A DNA stretch of 64,000 nt from Zancudomyces culisetae HAW-14-8 (taxonomy: Eukaryota > Fungi > Kickxellomycota): contig JBNJNM010000011.1 of NCBI GenBank assembly GCA_052426225.1, positions 4,774,001 through 4,838,000 on the forward strand, given 5' to 3'. Below the pieces are notes generated by a model. That model searched no databases. It saw only the letters and a list, made by a program, of their open reading frames with translations, and was not told the origin of the DNA. The translations under genes and the position numbers were made by a program. Shown in pieces: positions 25,833-35,600 of the stretch (position 1 is its first letter; every line of letters begins with the position of its first letter).

Positions 25833-26212
25833 TATTGCAAAGTATTTTTTTTGTTTAGGTAAGTTCAGTAGCAGTTTGTTTTATTTTTAGTTATAACTGA
25901 TAGTTACTACCTTGCTTCCCCCCCCCCCCCTCTCTCCAGCCTACCAGCTACTTATGAACCAATATACCCCTTTAAAGCTAGGTCTTTTTTTAATAAAACT
26001 TTTTGTAAAAAAAACGTGTTTATTACTGCATTTTCGCAAATAGCATAAAATCTCATCCAGCTGCAAATTAAAGTGAATTGAAAATGATCAATATGACAAA
26101 GATCAGGTGTATTAGTAGCTTTATAAAATATATGAATAATTAAGCTCTTCCTACAATACAGCAAATAAAAATAAATATCATAATTATAATAAACCAAGTA
26201 TATCCGGTTGAA

Positions 26213-27652
26213 CTAAAGTGTGTATCTGAACTGTGGATGGTTATTGTACATCATTTGCTGTTCATCTTCTGAGAGGTGTGATACATCAATTGGATTGTTT
26301 GTCTTTTTTTCATTTTCTTTTGTGTAGTAAATTGCCAACGCGAGAACCAGAACCACCAGAATTACCATCGAGGAGAGTATGAATACAAACCCAGATACAA
26401 AATTTGGCGCATGTTTGGTTGTAAACATTGTTGGAATAATAGCTCCCGATATATTACCACATGAAAACGCAATTGCAGAAACTATTAGTCGCTTCGCAAT
26501 TCCACCTTGGTTTACCGAAAGCCATGAAAGAAAGATGGGGATTGCAGGGTATACAAAAAACCCAAAAAGGGTAAAGGAAAACATACGCAAAAACAGTCCC
26601 TTTCCAAAAGCCAACAAAGCTAAAAATATTGCACCCATGGCATTCATTGCTGCAACACGCGCGTATAGTGGCACTCGTTTTGGTATGAAGTATGATATAA
26701 TTATGGCTATCAAACCAGCTACGCACGGAACGGTTGCCAAGTAGGTTGAATTCACTGAGCTGAATTTAAGCGCTTTCATTAGTGTTGGTCCGAAAATGCT
26801 TATCAAATTGACGCAATTGTTGATGGTAAAAAGCCCGAAACAGTATACACCAGTTTTCCAATCAAATATTGCCTTGATGCTCGACATTACTGAAAGTTTT
26901 GCTTTTGTTGCAAGTCCTTGATCTGCCTTTAGTTTTTTGACAAGCACGTCTCTTTCTTCAATTGTTAAAAATGTACACGTTTCGGGATAATTCTGAAGGA
27001 TAAAAAATGATGCTATTCCAAAGAGAATCGTTGCTGCTCCTTCAACCAAGAAAATCATTTGATATGGTTTCAATGATGTTTTTAACGAAGCAAGTCCTGC
27101 TGCTATAGGGTTTCCAATAATTCCTGCAACAGGAATCGATGCAAAGAATATACTCATTCTAAAGCCAATTTCATCTCTGGTATACCAATACGGAAGGTAT
27201 GCAAGCATTCCTGGTGCAAATCCGGATTCGACTGCCCCTAAAAGCGCCCTGAATACTATAAAGACAGTTGAGGTTTTTGCTAATGCCTGAAGCATACAAA
27301 TGATAGACCAGGCAATTGAAATAAAGGCAAACCAATTTCTTGGTTTAACCTGTTTCAGGAGAATATTTGATGGAAGTTCGAGTGATACGTAGAAAACATA
27401 GAAGATCGATGTAACAAGAGTTTGCAATCTGCTATCCAAATTTAACTCTGTGATCAATCCGTTTACAAACGCTGCACCGATGTTGGTTCTGTCCATGAAT
27501 GAGCTTATATATAGGATCACTATCATTGGGAGAAGCCTAGTGTCCAGTTTTCTCAATATTTTCTTTGAGTATCTGATTTCCTCCTCTGTTAGCACAATCT
27601 GTGTATTGAGTGTTACCTCCTCCTTCTCTATCATTACATCTTCCTCTTTCAT
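26213..27652 (-). CDS. MFS transporter, Dal5/Tna1 (allantoate/nicotinate) family, paralog A
   Basis: KLDTRLLP, FMDRTNIG, ELPSNILLK, RALLGAVESGFAPG, YWYTRDE, C-terminal HPQFRYTL; multiple TM segments. Confidence 0.93.
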   Translation of the reverse strand: MKEEDVMIEKEEVTLNTQIVLTEEEIRYSKKILRKLDTRLLPMIVILYISSFMDRTNIGAAFVNGLITELNLDSRLQTLVTSIFYVFYVSLELPSNILLKQVKPRNWFAFISIAWSIICMLQALAKTSTVFIVFRALLGAVESGFAPGMLAYLPYWYTRDEIGFRMSIFFASIPVAGIIGNPIAAGLASLKTSLKPYQMIFLVEGAATILFGIASFFILQNYPETCTFLTIEERDVLVKKLKADQGLATKAKLSVMSSIKAIFDWKTGVYCFGLFTINNCVNLISIFGPTLMKALKFSSVNSTYLATVPCVAGLIAIIISYFIPKRVPLYARVAAMNAMGAIFLALLAFGKGLFLRMFSFTLFGFFVYPAIPIFLSWLSVNQGGIAKRLIVSAIAFSCGNISGAIIPTMFTTKHAPNFVSGFVFILSSMVILVVLVLALAIYYTKENEKKTNNPIDVSHLSEDEQQMMYNNHPQFRYTL

Positions 27653-29890
27653 TGTAGTTTATTTCTATTTTTTGGACCTTTGCTAATACTGTGCTTGTAG
27701 TGCGAAAATGTTATTATTTAATTAATGTATTATCAGAATATATGAACCTCAAATAAACCACATATAAATAGATTAGATATATCAAAGCTGTAAATGTATG
27801 TTGACTTTTCGGGTCCCCGATGCCCCGGTTATATACATCTAGTAGGTTTTTTGGAATTAAATATTTATAGTTATTGAAAACCCAGCTTGACCATCACACT
27901 AACCAAAAAAAAAATAGGTACAAATCGCCAACCACATACGAATCGACTATAGCCCTCTGTGAATGAAACACAGAAGTTGTGCACAAATTTGATTAACAAA
28001 TTTATAATACATTCATTTTGTTACCTTATCGATTCGCTCAAATTTGCCTGAAGATATACGATTTGGCCTGAATAGGAGAAATCACAAGTGATAAAAACAT
28101 TTCTAGTTCAGCTCTAACCAAAGTGACCGTTTATGCTTATGATAAATGACTAAGTGCATCTTCGTTTTGGTAAGGGTTCTAGTATCCATCAAATCCTTCC
28201 ACAACTATCTAGTACCAATCAAGGAGGTCTCTTGAAATGCTAAGAGTGTTCACAGAACTGGAACTCATAGTTAAATTAGATACAGAAATAAACACGAAAA
28301 TAAAATAAAATTTCCTGCTACACATAACAAAATAAGTGGCGATTTAGAAAAAAAGCAGTTGTGGAACAAACACTATAAATTTCTACACCTAAAGGCCCCA
28401 CGCTAATATTCGGTAGACGGATAGCGTAAACACAAGCCCTTAAGGATTTATATTTTTTTGTTTTTCAAAAGATATAAGTCACTAAGAGAACTAGGAGACA
28501 AAATGTTAAGATATCCGACTGAAGTTGAACAATGCAAAAATCCCACCTTGAGGCTTAGCAACAGAATATGCGAGAAAACCCATACTCGGATGGCGTATTG
28601 AGGCTCTGATCAAATAAATTATCGAGTTGGGGTGGAACCCAGATGTAGTACCAACTATTGATGATAATGTTGATTGGACGAAGCTCTAAGTCTTGCGAAT
28701 AAATCAACATTAATCTTTTTTAAAAGTAGATATAAGATGGATTGTTTTGAAGCGGTGGAAACAGCATATTCAATCATTTGAATAAACTTTACAAATTCCG
28801 GTCTAAATAGAGTTTGATCTACAAATCAAAATATCCATAGTAAATGATGGCGTATTTTTGCCTCTTGGTCATTTGTAGAATAATGTCCTGCCTAAATCTG
28901 TTTGGCCTATTCATAAATTGTCGCTATTATCAATTACACGTCTTTCTTGTCATCTTAATAGATATTATGTTTGTTGTTTCTCCACTCATATATTCAACGA
29001 CCATCTCTATTATTACATCTATTTTGTGGCGATTTCTGTTTTCGATATTTTCGATATTTTCGATATTTTCCATTTTCCGCTTTTGACTTTACACTTTTCA
29101 TTTTCCTACTTTCTATGTGTTATAGATTAATAACAAAATTGTAAACTGCACTTTTCGTTATACAAGAGCAAATCTTTGATTCAAATATATTATATAAAAT
29201 CGAAACTATGGGAATTAAAAATACACCAGTTGTGTTGGATACAAATGGCTTAATCTTTGGCTTAGATTTGTCTGTAACAGCTGTTGTCACGTACCTTCTG
29301 ACCACATATATTTTCACACCCCCTTGAATGTTTGCTAACCAAACCCAATTCCTTCATCAATATTGTGTTTGTTTTAACATTGCCACATTACTACATTACC
29401 ACATTACTACATTACCGTATTTACGTGACTTTATTATATCCAATTATTCCAACCACCAATAAATGCTATGTAGTCAAATCAAAATCAGATTCAATAATGG
29501 CACCAGCACTGACCTTTGAATACTTCAAATCATCTGTTTCAAATATATGATGATTATATAGCAATTATGTTATTATTCATTATATTATTATGTTATTATA
29601 TTGTTATATTATTATGTTATTGTATTAGTTGTTGATTGTTTCTTTAGTAAAATCAATAGCGTGTACAAGTAGAGCTTTTATCAATTACTTAAAGTGGTTG
29701 ATTGCCAAAAATACACTATATTATACATTACAAATATTCTATCCATACTATCTCGATATAATTTATCCAAACTCTAAATTAAAACAATGATGTACAACTT
29801 TATCTACAACTTTATCATAAATTATTTCAAATCCCAAAAGTGTGTAAATGTTGCATCCTGTAATCTAAACTCATAATATAGATACTATAG

Positions 29891-29956
29891 CTTAAACTCT
29901 GTAGCCTAAACTCTGTAGCCTAAACTCTGTGGCCTAAACTCTGTAGCCTAAACTCT
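29891..29956. repeat. 14-bp minisatellite (CTAAACTCTGTAGC)x~4.7; second copy at ~41288-41353
   Basis: Read directly. Confidence 0.9.
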
Positions 29957-30063
29957 ACACTCTCTGTAATCTAAATTTGCGTCATGTACTTTTTAACACA
30001 CACCCTTCTATCAATTCTAAACTCTTCTATTTCGACTATTCAAACATTGTAGAAATACACCCT

Positions 30064-30582
30064 CTATAAACCACCATTATTATTTGACCCCAAAGCTCCA
30101 ACCATACTTAAATACAAGTCCAAATCACACGTTGGACACTGTACTGAATTATTCATTAAATAATTATCCAAGCAAGATACATGGAATACGTGGCTACAAG
30201 GAATTGACCGGATAGGAACACCGCTAGATATTTGTGCATGACATATCTTACACACTATATTCTCGCTATGTATATCGTTTTCGTGACTGGGTACTTTCGA
30301 CCAAGATATAATAGGAAAGTGACTCAAATCTTTAAAGCTAAACTGTGTGGGAGTATATTTTGGCAACACATCCATATCGACTGAAGTGGTTGGTTCATTT
30401 CGTGTGTTAATATCCCGGTTTCTATCTTGTTCCATACTATATAGTATAGTTGCAGGTTGATCTCGACTCTGTTCCTGGTTTATAGTGTCACGTTTATCAT
30501 TTAGTCGTTTTGCTATAGGAATACCAATCATAAATGCAATAAGCACTATAAAGGCAATAGGCACTACAGGTTCGCCAGCCAT
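30064..30582 (-). CDS. Single-pass membrane RING-H2 E3 ubiquitin ligase, copy 1
   Basis: N-terminal TM helix, LPKY motif, C-x2-C...C-x-H-x2-H-x2-C...C-x2-C (CKIC...PCSHVFHVSC...CPTC). Confidence 0.9.
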   Translation of the reverse strand: MAGEPVVPIAFIVLIAFMIGIPIAKRLNDKRDTINQEQSRDQPATILYSMEQDRNRDINTRNEPTTSVDMDVLPKYTPTQFSFKDLSHFPIISWSKVPSHENDIHSENIVCKICHAQISSGVPIRSIPCSHVFHVSCLDNYLMNNSVQCPTCDLDLYLSMVGALGSNNNGGL

Positions 30583-30743
30583 TTGGAAAGCTGTGAAATA
30601 TATGATCGTTAGTTGTTGTAGCTGGTATTGTTAGTATTGTTGTGGCTAAATGAGAAGAATGAATAAGTGAGAAATCTGGATTCTAAATTCTGAAAATCTG
30701 AATTATGGAGCCTGAAATCTGAGTTATGGAGCCTGGGATTATG

Positions 30744-30849
30744 GAGCCTGAGTTATTGAGCCTGAGTTATTGAGCCTGAGTTATTGAGCCTGAGTTATTG
30801 AGCCTGAGTTATTGAGCCTGAGTTATTGAGCCTGAGTTATTGAGCCTGA
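30744..30849. repeat. 14-bp minisatellite (GAGCCTGAGTTATT)x7.5; second copy at 42140-42245
   Basis: Seven perfect units counted in each copy, preceded by degenerate units. Confidence 0.95.
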
Positions 30850-31954
30850 AGCGTGGAAGAGCAGGAAACCAGCCATTTAGTGTAAAGTGTTAATGGTTAA
30901 AATCCACTTTGTTTCATTTGTCTAATACCGAATGGATTTTGTGGACTTTGTGGATTTTGTGGACTTTGGTTGGATAAATTTGGCGGTTTGATGTTATCCA
31001 GTACCAAATCGTAAAATATACTCAATAATTCTAGATTAGTTCCATCATATTGCCTGATAAACAGAAAATAGGTTTATTCAAATATCTGTGTGTGTAGCTG
31101 CTAGGGTTTCAATGTATTTATATGTATATATTACAATTACAGTTTCGTTATACTGTACAATACTACTGTAATATCTACTACAACTTGATTAATGAAAGGT
31201 AGTTTAAATCAAAGCAACAATTGTAAAATGGTTTAATGTTTACAGTAAAGCTAAAGTTTGTAGCTCTAACAGCTATGAAAACACATGGCATATAATATCG
31301 AGTAACGAATGGTGCATCAACCAAAAAGGGCCAGGTTTATCACAATAAAGTTATACACAGACTTACTCATAGAGTTACTTACAAAGTGTATCGACCCAAT
31401 AGTAGGTTTATTAATGTTTTTTTAGGCAAGCTACATTGACCCGTCCGTCAGTAAATAACAGAAAAAGGGATATTATTCGAGGAAATATGTCAATTGAGTA
31501 TAAATGATAGAAATGTTAAAGAAAAATAATTAAAAATCGATGAGAGATGCTATCGAGTGAACTCCAAATCAATTCCATATTGGTGTTTTGAGAATATCAA
31601 TGCACCTACAAAAGCTGAGGCCCATATCAGCGTTTATTAATTTTTTTTTGTATATAAACATACTTTGTTGCTGTTCGTGTGTAGTTCACAATGAGCACCA
31701 CCAAAGGAAAATACCAATATCTTGTACTATGTTCTTGATACCCAGGATAATTATTGTATACTATGTTTTTTTACTTTTCGATATAATTAAAGTTAATAAC
31801 ATCTTGAGATATTTTTAGCAAACTTGCCAAAAAGTAGTAATAAAACTAAAATAAAATAAACTAATAATGACCTATTAATACGTAACACTTTTTTATTAAC
31901 CCATCCAAACAAGCTAAATAATAACATTGGACTTGCCAAAAAGAAAAAAATGCG

Positions 31955-32476
31955 CTACACCAAATCGTTAGCCCAATTCGCTGCTTGGATCTCTGCATCA
32001 AGCGTGAAAATTTGTTTATCAAGATCATCAATCTGCTCTTGTATTGCGTCGATATCCATGGTTGCAACATTCTCAATTTCAGTTATAGTATATCTCCTTT
32101 GTTGACGTGATGTGTATTTAACAACCGCACGCAAAATTCCGCGTAGTCTCAGTAAACGCTCATGTTTTGCAACCGCTGCAATTAGGGTCATCCCACTTTC
32201 TGTCTTTGTATGCAAATTGGTGTTTTTGATTCTGATATCCAGGTCCTCAAATTCACGTATCTTAGCATATAACTTGTAAAGAAGAATTTTAGGGTCTTCA
32301 GTTGGCGAGATTCCTTCTTGTACAACGGAGTTGGCTGTTATCCGGCTCGTTATATCGTCTATGGTGATTTTGAGACCACTTCGCCGTTCCAGGGCTTCGG
32401 CTAACTTTATTATTGCAACATTTCCTTTTGAGGGTCGAGTATTTTCTGGTGTTTTCACTTCTTTTGGAGTATGCAT
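31955..32476 (-). CDS. DIP1984-family helical protein (bacterial family), 173 aa
   Basis: KLAEALERRS...VQEG.SPTEDP..LL...RIKNTN...GMTLIAAVA...RY..TEI..VATMDI..IQ..ID.L......LDAEIQAANW matches the family pattern as I recall it (MKLAEAL...VQEG..PAEDP...IN.TN...RYSRSEIK...LD..IQ..NW). Intronless; first ATG 32476. Confidence 0.8.
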   Translation of the reverse strand: MHTPKEVKTPENTRPSKGNVAIIKLAEALERRSGLKITIDDITSRITANSVVQEGISPTEDPKILLYKLYAKIREFEDLDIRIKNTNLHTKTESGMTLIAAVAKHERLLRLRGILRAVVKYTSRQQRRYTITEIENVATMDIDAIQEQIDDLDKQIFTLDAEIQAANWANDLV

Positions 32477-32691
32477 GGCTGCTATACTATTGCATAGTAA
32501 TAGAAACGAAATCAACTATTTAAGTGCTATTCACCACCTTAATTAAATCGATTTTAAGTACTTCTGACAGGATTGCTGCGGAAACTTCGTCTATCTATTG
32601 ACACAAAATACTACTGCGGATATACGACAAGTGAGTCACTTTATGATATTTATTGGGTGGTTTTAAAAAATAAAAACAAAATAAAAAAGAG

Positions 32692-35600
32692 CTAGCTAGA
32701 ATCGTTTTGTACAAACGAAGCCAGGGTTCCATTATCAAGCGTCAAAGTGTAGTCATAGTCATACACGGTGTTCAATCTATGTGCAATTGTAATAATCGAA
32801 CACTTGTGTACCACATTTAACTGCTTTATGGCACGGATAAGCTGCTGTTCGGTGCGGTAGTCGACAGATGCCGTGGCTTCATCAAGAATGATAATCCTAG
32901 ATGATGATCTGCGTAGCAGTGCGCGAGTAAGGCTCACAAGCTGCTTCTGCCCAGTTGATAAATTGGCTCCTTTTTCGTGAATGGTAAAATCTAGGGAGTC
33001 AATAGTTACACCATCAAACAAACCAGTCTCTGCAACCGCAGCAAGTAGCTGCTCATCAGGATATTCGTCAAAAAGATCCAGATTGTGTCGCAGTGATCCT
33101 GAGAAGAGTAGTGGATCTTGTGGAATAATGGTAATACTTTGGCGCAATTTGGTGAGCGGAACAGATGAGATATCGACTCCGTCTATAAGAATATGAGAGT
33201 CCATTTTTTGAACGCGCTCAACTAGACGAAGTAAGGCAAGTGTTAGTGTAGATTTTCCGGAACCAGTACGGCCGACAACAGCAAGTGTTTTTGCAGGGGG
33301 CAGAGTAAACGAGATATTGTTAAGTGCAAATTTATCAGTGTTGTCATATTTTACGGAAAGGTTCTTAACCACCAACTCGCCAGAGGAGGGCCACAATGAA
33401 GTTTCACCAGTGGTATTAGGTTGTGGGGGTATAGTTGATAATACTTGGACTTGCTGGGGAAGCCTATCTTCAAAGTACTGAGAAATGCGTTCCATGGCGT
33501 TCATTCCCAGTTCCAGGTCGGCATAGTCACGGATTGTCCACATGGCATATATGTTGAAGCCAAGTGCGTAGCTCAGCACAAACCCAGCAAGGCCTGAGTC
33601 AAGCCCAGAGTTTGGGAAGTAATCGATGGCAATTATAATCATGAGAGAGGCAAAAAAGGAGACCAGCGATCCTATACTATCTGTGGTTAGACTGATCCAG
33701 CGATTTAGTGACCACTCAAGATAATAAGACCGGTTGTTTGTATCTACACGCCGGGCCGTTTCCAAGATATAGTCATGAGTCTTGTTGAATGCTCTGATTA
33801 CCGAGCTACCATTGCCACCTAGTTCGACAAAGATGCTGAGGACTGGCGAAAGCGTGTTGGAATCCAATCTTTTAATCTCGCGAATGGCGTTTAAATATTT
33901 AACTGAACGTGAGAGAAATATGGCAGTTACAGCCGCCGAAACGATAATAAACGCTGGAGTTACTGAAATTACAACAACAAACACTGAGATAGCGCTGATA
34001 ACGTGGCTCAAAAAATATGTAATATTTTCGATTATCCTTTCATCTAACCGCATGGTGTCACGCGAAAATCGATTAATGATTCTCCCAACCGGTGTTACGT
34101 CAAAAAACGAAGGTATAGCATTGGACACCGACTGCGTCAATCGGTAATGAATTTCTTTGCTACTTTTTATTCCGCCTTTGTATATGCTATAGTTTGCCAA
34201 TTGTTGTAGAACAACAAAGAGTATACCAACAAGCAAGTACATGCTTAGGAAGTACATGGAATTGCTAGCGCTGCTGCTGTTGTCTTCAGATTGGAGCCAA
34301 ATCCTTATCAAGTAATTTTGGAAAATTTGTACAATACGACTGCCTAGTGCCAACGATACTACTGCAACCCAAAACCAAGAGCCCCCCATTGAAGAAAAGT
34401 ATGCCCACCATACATCCAGTCGCAGTGTACCATATTCCCGCTGCTCCTCTCCAGCATCTTCAACGTCTTCTGCATCGCTCTCATCATCATTGTCATCATC
34501 ACCACCCTCGCTGTTACGGTTTGATGTCAAGCGTGAGTTTTTCAACTGTCTTTCTAGCAGTTTCTGTTGGTTAAATTCGTCCTCAGATGGGTCGCTTGTC
34601 TGTTTTTCCATTATTTGAGGCAGAATTGGTTGAGTGTCATCTGTGGAGCTTGTTGAGAAGTAACTAAACACATTTCTTCCATTTCCCTGCTCAGCAACTC
34701 TCCCACTTTCCATAACCACAATCCAGCTGGCATATTTGGCAACCAAATCGACCATATGTGTCACCAACACTATTGTTCGTCCCTCCATTATTTTGCTTCT
34801 GGTGCTGGGATCAAAGCAGTAGTAAACAATGTGGTGTGCTGTTTGTGAATCTACGGCTGACAGCACATCATCCAACAATACGCATTGTGCTTGCGAATAC
34901 AGTGCTCGTGCCAAGCTGATTCTTTGCTTCTGTCCTCCAGAAAGTGTGATTCCGCGCTCACCTACTTGACTTTGGTCACCATTAACCAACTGCCTGAAAT
35001 CTGCCTTTAGTGCTGTCATTTTCAGTACTTGTTCGTATCTCTCAACGTCATACTCAGATCCAAACAGGATGTTGTCTCGCACGGTTGCGTTCCTCAGCCA
35101 TGATTCCTGGGGTACATAACCAATCATACTACCCCCAACAGATCCTGGCCGTGTGGTTGCTGCTTCCGTTGTTGCTGCTCCTCTTGGATACATCATGTAT
35201 CCCTCAACAAGCTTCATCTCCCCTAACAACGCTCGCAACATTGAAGTTTTTCCTGACCCTACTTTTCCTGTTATAATTGTAAGTTTACCCCTCAAGAATT
35301 TTATGTTTAGGTTTTGTAACTTGAATTCGTTACTTTTAGTTGCATCTCCATTGTCAACATCTAAAAGTGGTGTGTTTTCGTTGCTTTTATGTTTGCAATC
35401 CCCTTGGTTTTGAGGTTGTGAATACTCCCAGGATAGTGTTGCATTAACAAAACCAAAATCACCTGTACTGGCACTCTCAGTTTCATCACTTTCTGATTGA
35501 CCTGTCTTTGAGATATCATGCGAGTTATCCTCAATAAAACTCTCGAGTCGTCTTAATGACACTAACGCGCTAAGGAGATATTTGATATCCTCGAAGAACA

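Larger units (their letters stand above)
28813..31575. repeat. Segmental direct duplication, copy 1 (~2.76 kb)
   Basis: Aligns by eye almost base for base with 40199-42970, from TTTGATCTACAAATC to CTCCAAATCAATTC. Confidence 0.96.

Noticed and set aside
28500-28810. Coding-looking fragment (...ILGWRIEALIK*IIELGWNPDVVPTIDDNVDWTKL*)
   Set aside because: Multiple stops and no family recognised; cannot support a pseudogene call.
28844-29550. Short ORFs 'conserved' in both duplicate copies
   Set aside because: Conservation only reflects the recent duplication; the ORFs overlap minisatellites and show no motifs.
30744-30849. Regular repeat array as a possible CRISPR or telomere
   Set aside because: Head-to-tail units with no spacers, eukaryotic context, internal position.
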